Positions 57,756 through 64,000 of a stretch of 64,000 bases of DNA are shown piece by piece. The notes under the pieces were generated by a model. That model made no database searches. It saw only the letters and a program-made list of their open reading frames with translations, and was not told where the DNA came from. The DNA is from Eledone cirrhosa (taxonomy: Eukaryota): positions 87,916,001-87,980,000 of the forward strand of contig OZ024743.1 in the NCBI GenBank assembly GCA_964016885.1. The letters are read 5' to 3'. Both the position numbers and the translations under genes were made by a program. Position 1 is the stretch's first letter, and each line of letters starts with the position of its first letter.

Positions 57756-57940
57756 GTAGAAGGAGCAACGTGAAATAAAGTGTCTTGCTCAAGGGCATAG
57801 CGCGCATCGCCCAGTCCAGGAATCGAACTCACAACCTCAAGATTGTGAATCCAATTCTCTAACCATTCAACCACACGCCTTCACCGGGCGATGCGTTATG
57901 TCCTTGGGCAAGACACTTTATTTCACGTTGCTCCTTCTAC
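57756..57940. mobile_element. tRNA-derived SINE (minus strand) with a fold-back duplicate of its body
   Basis: Minus strand AGGCGTGTGGTTGAATGGTTAGAG..GAGTTCGATTCC head; 57756-57812 is inverted at 57884-57940. A relative occurs at ~47490-47590. Confidence 0.75.
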
Positions 57941-58030
57941 CTGGAGTTGCGACCGATAGATAGTATTAGCAACTGGGAAGACTAACGGAAACATTGTTTC
58001 CTCGGTCCGATTTGACGAAAGTCGATTGAT

Positions 58031-58144
<114 letters not shown>

Positions 58145-58166
58145 AATATATATAGAGAGAGAGAAA

Positions 58167-59035
58167 AAAGAAAAAAAGATGAAATCGAAAATGCAACTGG
58201 AGTCTTATTTAAAAAAATATATATATATTTATTTGGTTCATTTACCGGTTTCGCAGTTCTTCTGCTTTTCAAAAGTAGAGTTGAAATGGAGGGTCTGTGG
58301 TTTTTCTCACATCTGGTTGGTCTTTGAATGTTACTTGTTTTATATGGAAAAAAGAAATTCAAACAAACTGACGCGAAAGCTGATGTGCTTATTCACGTGA
58401 CTGCCTCAACCAACCAAACTTCACTCATATATGAAAAAACAACCTGCCATGTTCACTAAACCAGAACAATTCCCCCCATCCCATTTCTCTTGACCATTAT
58501 CTTTTGTTTGTCATAAAATTCTCTAAAAGGCTACAAAATAAATTCCCAAATACGGGCGCGAAATTTAATGAACTTGTTTATAACCAATCAAATTACATTT
58601 ATTTTAAAAAAAGCCTTCGTGAGCCCCTTTTTTTAAGTAAAAAGAAATTCAAACAAACTAGCGCGAAAGCTGATGTGCTTATTCACGTGACTGCATCAAC
58701 CAGCCAAACTTCACTCATATGTGAAAAAACAACCTCCCCCCCCCCCCCCTGTTTGAAGAACTTTGTAACGCGAACTGGCGCGAAATTTATTATACTTATT
58801 GACCAACCAATCAAATTACTTCTCTAAAAACCTAGCGTTTCAAGCCACTTTTTTCCATATAAAACAAGTAACATTCAAAGACCAACCAGATGTGAGAAAA
58901 ACCACAGACCCTCCATCTCAACTCTACTTTTGAAAAGCAGAAGAACTGCGAAACCGGTAAAGGAACAAAATAAATATATATATTTTTTTTTAAATAAGAC
59001 TCCAGTTGCATTTTCGATTTCATCTTTTTTTCTTT
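58167..59035. mobile_element. Fold-back element: ~188-bp inverted arms around a duplicated internal module
   Basis: Arms 58167-58354 and 58848-59035 are near-identical reverse complements. Internal direct repeats lie at ~58350-58445 / 58640-58736 and ~58555-58596 / 58777-58819. Confidence 0.85.
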
Positions 59036-59093
59036 ATACTTTCACTCGTGTAGGACACCTCGGTTATTTTTCATTTTGTAAAAAAAACCTCAC

Positions 59094-59161
<68 letters not shown>

Positions 59162-59793
59162 GGGGTGGGGTATATATGAGTGCACATGTGTACCCGTATA
59201 TATATATTCAACCCATGCAAGTACGGAAAACTGATGTAAAAGGGTGAAGATGATGATATGTGTGTGTGTGTGTGTGTGACTATGTATGTGTCTGTGAATG
59301 CCTAGTATGCGTGCGTATGTGTTCGTGTGTATGTACGTGCATGTGTATTAGTGTTTGACTGTGAGTTTTATATATGTCTGTGTATATGTATGTGAGAGAC
59401 TATGTGAGTTTGTATGTGTCTGCGTACGTGTGCATGTGTGTCTGTGTGTCTGTCTGTCTATGGGTGTGTCTGTGTGTGTATGTGTCTTTTTGTGCATGTG
59501 TGTGTGTTTGTGTGTATATATGTATGTGTGTACGTGCGCCTATGTGTTTGTCTGTCTGTGAGTGTATGTCTGTGTGTACGTGTGTGTGTGTGTGTGCAGA
59601 CACCTTCGTCGATAGAGAGTTCTCAAATGGCGCCGCGGTGATATTGGTATATTTAGTTTCACTCATGTCCCCGTCTTCAATTACAGAAGTCATCAGGTTT
59701 GACTCCACCCTCTGATCCCATCCCCAAGGTAGATAAACTGGGTTCGATTTCACACTCTAATCTTACCCAAAGTAAAAGTATGGATAGATAGAT

Positions 59794-59854
<61 letters not shown>

Positions 59855-59938
59855 AAAGGTGAACAGAAATAACAACACAATCAGTACAGTATATCGAAGG
59901 GATATATTAGGTTAACGCTTGATATAGCAGGAAGAGGG

Positions 59939-59974
59939 TCTTAACGTTTCGGACGCTAGTCCTTCATCAGAAGA
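59939..59974 (-). ncRNA. Minimal type I hammerhead ribozyme motif (Penelope-like element type)
   Basis: Minus strand UCUU-CUGAUGA-A-GGAC-UAGC-GUCC-GAA-ACGU-U-AAGA: core boxes, 4-bp stem II, palindromic ACGU stem III, stem I UCUU/AAGA. Confidence 0.7.
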
Positions 59975-60988
59975 AAGAATGAGAAATAAGATAGATTGAG
60001 GGGACGGGCGGGTTGGAATTGGAAAAAATCTCTTTAGATAAAAATAACAAGTCCATTCATGTTGACATCTCTTGCAAAGATGGATGGATGTCTTCCTCCA
60101 AAGCTCGAACTCATGACCTTGCTGACCATTGTTTTACAATGTGTATATCAGCGTAAAGGTGATGATATGTATGTATGTGTGTGTATGTATCTATGTATGT
60201 ATGCGCGTGTATGTATATATGTATGTCTGTGTGTCCGTGTGTGTACGTATCTCTATATACGTGCCTCTGTGTATGTGTTTTTGTGTATATGTGTGTCTGT
60301 CTGTATGTATGTATGTGTGTCAGTGTATATGTGTGTGTGTGCGTCAGAGTGTATTTGAGTATGTGTGAGCCTGAGTGTGCTTGTGTCTACGTATGTGTGT
60401 GTCTGTGTACGTATGTCTGTGTACGTATGTGTGTGTATGTACGTCCATTCAGCACGCTATCATTTGAATGTCTTCCCTATACATTTCTGAGAGGATTGCT
60501 GGTCAACAAGTATCTAGAAGATCTGTTGTTCGTGTCTTGTCAAAAAGACTGGCTCAGTCGACATGGCTGTATATTTGACAGTAATTGGAATGGTCCTCCG
60601 TCGATTTCGATGACGAGTCTTCCAAATGTTCGATCAACTGAACGTTATATTCCTTAAATTAAAGCAAGCGGATGAATGTTTCACAGACACGTGTGACTTA
60701 CAGGTACACTGCCTTGTATTACAGTGTAAGTGGTTTAGGGTAAGTCCAGTGAATGGTAGCTAATAAGTGGGGGGTAGGCCCAGTGTATAGTATGTGGAGG
60801 TTGGGGCGAATGGCTAGATCCAGTGTACAATAGCTGGGGGTCGGGACAATATCAGTTAGCTCAGAGCTGTGAGTAGGTACAATGTATAGCAGCTGGGAGC
60901 TGAGAGTAGGTCCAGTGTATGATAGATTGTAGCTAAGGGTTGTGGGTACGTCTAGCGTATGGTAGTTTGGGTTTGGTGTAAGTCTTGT

Positions 60989-61136
60989 TCAGTCACAGGC
61001 AAACTGCAGCCCGTTTGGCTATCTGAACGGCTCGCCTAATTTCAAAATTGCTTTAAATTCTTTTTAACAGTGCGGCCTGTCTTATGATGAGCCATTTACT
61101 ATGCGGCCCATGCTCGGAAAAGGTTTCTCATGCCTG
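60989..61136. mobile_element. Decayed hAT/Charlie-like MITE
   Basis: GGCAAACTGCAGCCCG ... TGCGGCCC..AAAGGTTTCTCATGCCTG termini. Confidence 0.5.
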
Positions 61137-61309
61137 ATCTAGTGTATTGTCACTGGGAGCTTGGATAGGCCGAGTGTATAGTAACTGAGGGTAGGTCCAC
61201 AGTATGGTATTATAGCTAGCAACTGGGATAGAGCAAGCGTATGGTAGCTGGGATGTGGGATAGTGTACGGAAGCTAGGACAGATCCAGTGTGTGGGAGCT
61301 GGGAGCTGA

Positions 61310-62148
61310 AATAGGTCCAGTGTATGGTAGCTGGGATCTGAGGGTTGGTGCAGTGTATGGTAACTCGGATAGGTCCAGTGTATGGTAGCTGGGAGCTGGG
61401 GGTTTGGTGCAGTGTATGGTAACTAGGATAGGTCCAGTGTATGGTAGCTGGGGTCTGGGGGTTGGTGCAGTGTATGGTAACTAGGATAGGTCCAGTGTAC
61501 GGTAGCTGGGGTCTGGGGGTTGGTGCAGTGTATGGTAGCTAGGATAGGTCCAGTGTATGGTAGCTGGGAGCTGGGGGTTGGTGCAGTGTATGGTAACTAG
61601 GATAGGTCCAGTGTACGGTAGCTGGGGTCTGGGGGTTGGTGCAGTGTATGGTAGCTAGGATAGGTCCAGTGTATGGTAGCTGGGATCTGAGGGTTGGTGC
61701 AGTGTATGGTAGCTAGGATAGGTCCAGTGTATGGTAGCTGGGAGCTGGGGGTTGGTGCAGTGTATGGTAGCTAGGATAGGTCCAGTGTATGGTAGCTGGG
61801 ATCTGAGGGTTGGTGCAGTGTATGGTAGCTAGGATAGGTCCAGTGTATGGTAGCTGGAATCTGAGGGTTGGTGCAGTGTATGGTAGCTAGGATAGGTCCA
61901 GTGTATGGTAGCTGGGGTCTGGGGGTTGGTGCAGTGTATGGTAACTAGGATAGGTCCAGTGTATGGTAGCTGGGGTCTGGGGGTTGGTGCAGTGTATGGT
62001 AGCTAGGATAGGTCCAGTGTATGGTAGCTGGGGTCTGGGGGTTGGTGCAGTGTATGGTAACTAGGATAGGTCCAGTGTATGGTAGCTGGGGTCTGGGGGT
62101 TGGTGCAGTGTATGGTAGCTAATAGCTGGGATAGGTCTAGTGTATAGG
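61310..62148. repeat. 58-bp G-rich minisatellite (dimer of two related subunits), ~14 copies
   Basis: Unit GGATAGGTCCAGTGTATGGTAGCTGGGGTCTGGGGGTTGGTGCAGTGTATGGTA(A/G)CTA; period 61426 to 61484. Confidence 0.95.
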
Positions 62149-63346
62149 AATCTGATCCCTTTATAGAGATTATTTAACGAGGCGGAGGAGGCGATGAGGA
62201 AGAAGACGACTAAACATGTAATAATCTCTTTTAACAGATTAAAAATCCATCGGTATTTGTTGTTGTTGTGGTGGTGGTGGTGGTAGTTGTGGTGGTTGTG
62301 GTGGTGGTGGTGGTGGTGGTAGTGGTGGTAGCGGCGGCGGCGGTTGTTGTGTTGGTGAAGGTGTTGGTAATGGCGGTAGTGGCAGCGGCGGTGGTGGTGG
62401 TGGTAGTTGTTGTTGTTGTTGTTGTTGTTGTTGTTGCTGTTGCTGTTGTGGTGGTGGTGATGGTAGTAGTGGTGGCGGCGGCGGCGGCGGTTGTTGTGAT
62501 GGTGAAGGTGTTGGTAATGGCGGTAGTGACAGCGGCGGTGGTGGTGGTGGTGGTGGTTGTTGCTGTGTTAGTGGTGGTAGCGGCGGTGGTGGTGGTGGTT
62601 GTTGCTGTGTCAGTGGTGGTAGCGGCGGTTAGGGTTAGTTGCGATTGTTGTGATGGTGGTGGTGGTGGCGGTGGTGATGGTGGCGGTAGTTATTATTGTT
62701 GCTGTTGTTGTTGTTGTTATTGTTGCCTTTGTTCTTGATGTTGTTGTTGTTGTTGTTGCTGTATCTTCTAACCAGTTACCTATCCTCTTCATTAATTGAT
62801 ACTGAAACCATAAATATCTGTTTGATAAATCTCACCAACTTAATCTCCCTCCACTCCATTGTTAAAGAACAATGGATTAACTGGTTTAATCCAGTTATAA
62901 CATTTGATTGCTGTTGTTGCTGTGGGTGGTGGTATTAGTGGTGGTTGTGGTGGTGAGGGTGGGAGGGGTGCCGGTAGTATTAGTGGTGGTGGTGATGGTG
63001 GGAGTGGCGATGGTGGTGGTGGTGGTGATGGTGGGGGGGGGGGGGGGGGGGGGTTAGTGGGGGGTTAGTGGTGATGGTTGGAGGGGTGGTGGTGGAATCA
63101 ACGGGGATTGGTAAACAATATTAAACGGCGTGTGTGGTGCTGGTGGTGCTGGTGGTGCTGGTGGTGGATGTTCTGTTGTTGTTAGTAGTAGCGATGGTGG
63201 TGGAGGTGTTGGTGGTTGAGCATCTGCTGCTGATGTTGACGAGACAACACCAACAACATCACCAACAACAACAGAGCCGTTAGAGATATGTAAGCGGCTA
63301 CATAGCAACAGGTGAGTCGTATCAAAGTGTGGTCAGTCGGGACACC

Positions 63347-63438
63347 ATGAAGGATAAATACCAAATTGATCCTGAAAGACATTTCTTCGTTCAACTGGTC
63401 AATGGTCAACACAGCCACAGTGATTATGCCTTGGTCGA
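63347..63438 (+). CDS. Candidate short coding exon (MKDKYQIDPERHFFVQLVNGQHSHSDYALV), possible alternative first exon
   Basis: CACC-ATG Kozak context, complex protein-like peptide within otherwise repetitive DNA, and donor GA|GTGAGT (phase 2). Confidence 0.45.
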
Positions 63439-63608
63439 GTGAGTACACAACTACACCTGCACACACACATACACACGCACACAGACACTCTCACACGCAC
63501 ACAGACACTCTCACACACACACAGACACTCTCACACGCACACAGACACTCTCACACGCACACAGACACTCTCACACACACACATATATATATGTATACAT
63601 ATATATAT

Positions 63609-63792
63609 TAATAATTGTTTCTACTTTTGGCACAACGCCAACAGTTACCTCAGTGCATTACTGGTACTTTATTTTATCGACCCCGTAACAATGAAAGGCA
63701 AAGTTAACCTCAGCGGGATTTGAACTCAGACAGTAAAGGACCGTAACTCTATGTTGCAAAGCATGGCGTCCGACGCTCCACCGATACTGCCA
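63609..63792 (-). mobile_element. Family A SINE
   Basis: Reverse complement of the element at 84-269. Confidence 0.85.
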
Positions 63793-63816
63793 TTCCACTG
63801 TCTATCCTTAATATAA

Positions 63817-63862
<46 letters not shown>

Positions 63863-63887
63863 GAATATATATATATATATATATATA

Positions 63888-63969
<82 letters not shown>

Positions 63970-64000
63970 ATGAATATATATATATATATATATATATATA

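Noticed and set aside
63054-63466. Minus-strand ORFs (84 and 94 aa)
   Set aside because: One is the codon-aligned antisense of the + strand candidate exon and the other is mostly translated GGT repeat.

Overview
This is eukaryotic, extremely repeat-rich genomic DNA. Dense (TA)n/(CA)n/(TACA)n/(GGT)n microsatellites, tRNA-headed SINE families and the LINE fragments are most consistent with a cephalopod (Octopus-like) genome; that assignment is inferred from repeat recognition. Almost all ORFs in the supplied track are translated simple repeats. The only convincing host coding sequence is a + strand first-exon-like ORF at 28673-29226 ending at a GTAAGT donor, plus a small candidate exon at 63347-63438 in the same splice phase. 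Most of the window is therefore probably intronic or upstream sequence of one large, unidentified gene. The rest consists of a ~6.7 kb 35-bp satellite with higher-order structure, several minisatellites, many SINEs, decayed R4/Dong-, RTE-, L1/Tx1- and CRE-like LINE fragments, and hAT/piggyBac/Tc1 MITEs. The most unusual signal is a set of short elements embedded in (TA)n tracts. They carry minimal Penelope-type hammerhead ribozyme motifs and are repeatedly arranged as locally generated fold-back palindromes centred on the ribozyme-like core. No CRISPR array, rRNA, intact tRNA or prokaryotic system was found.
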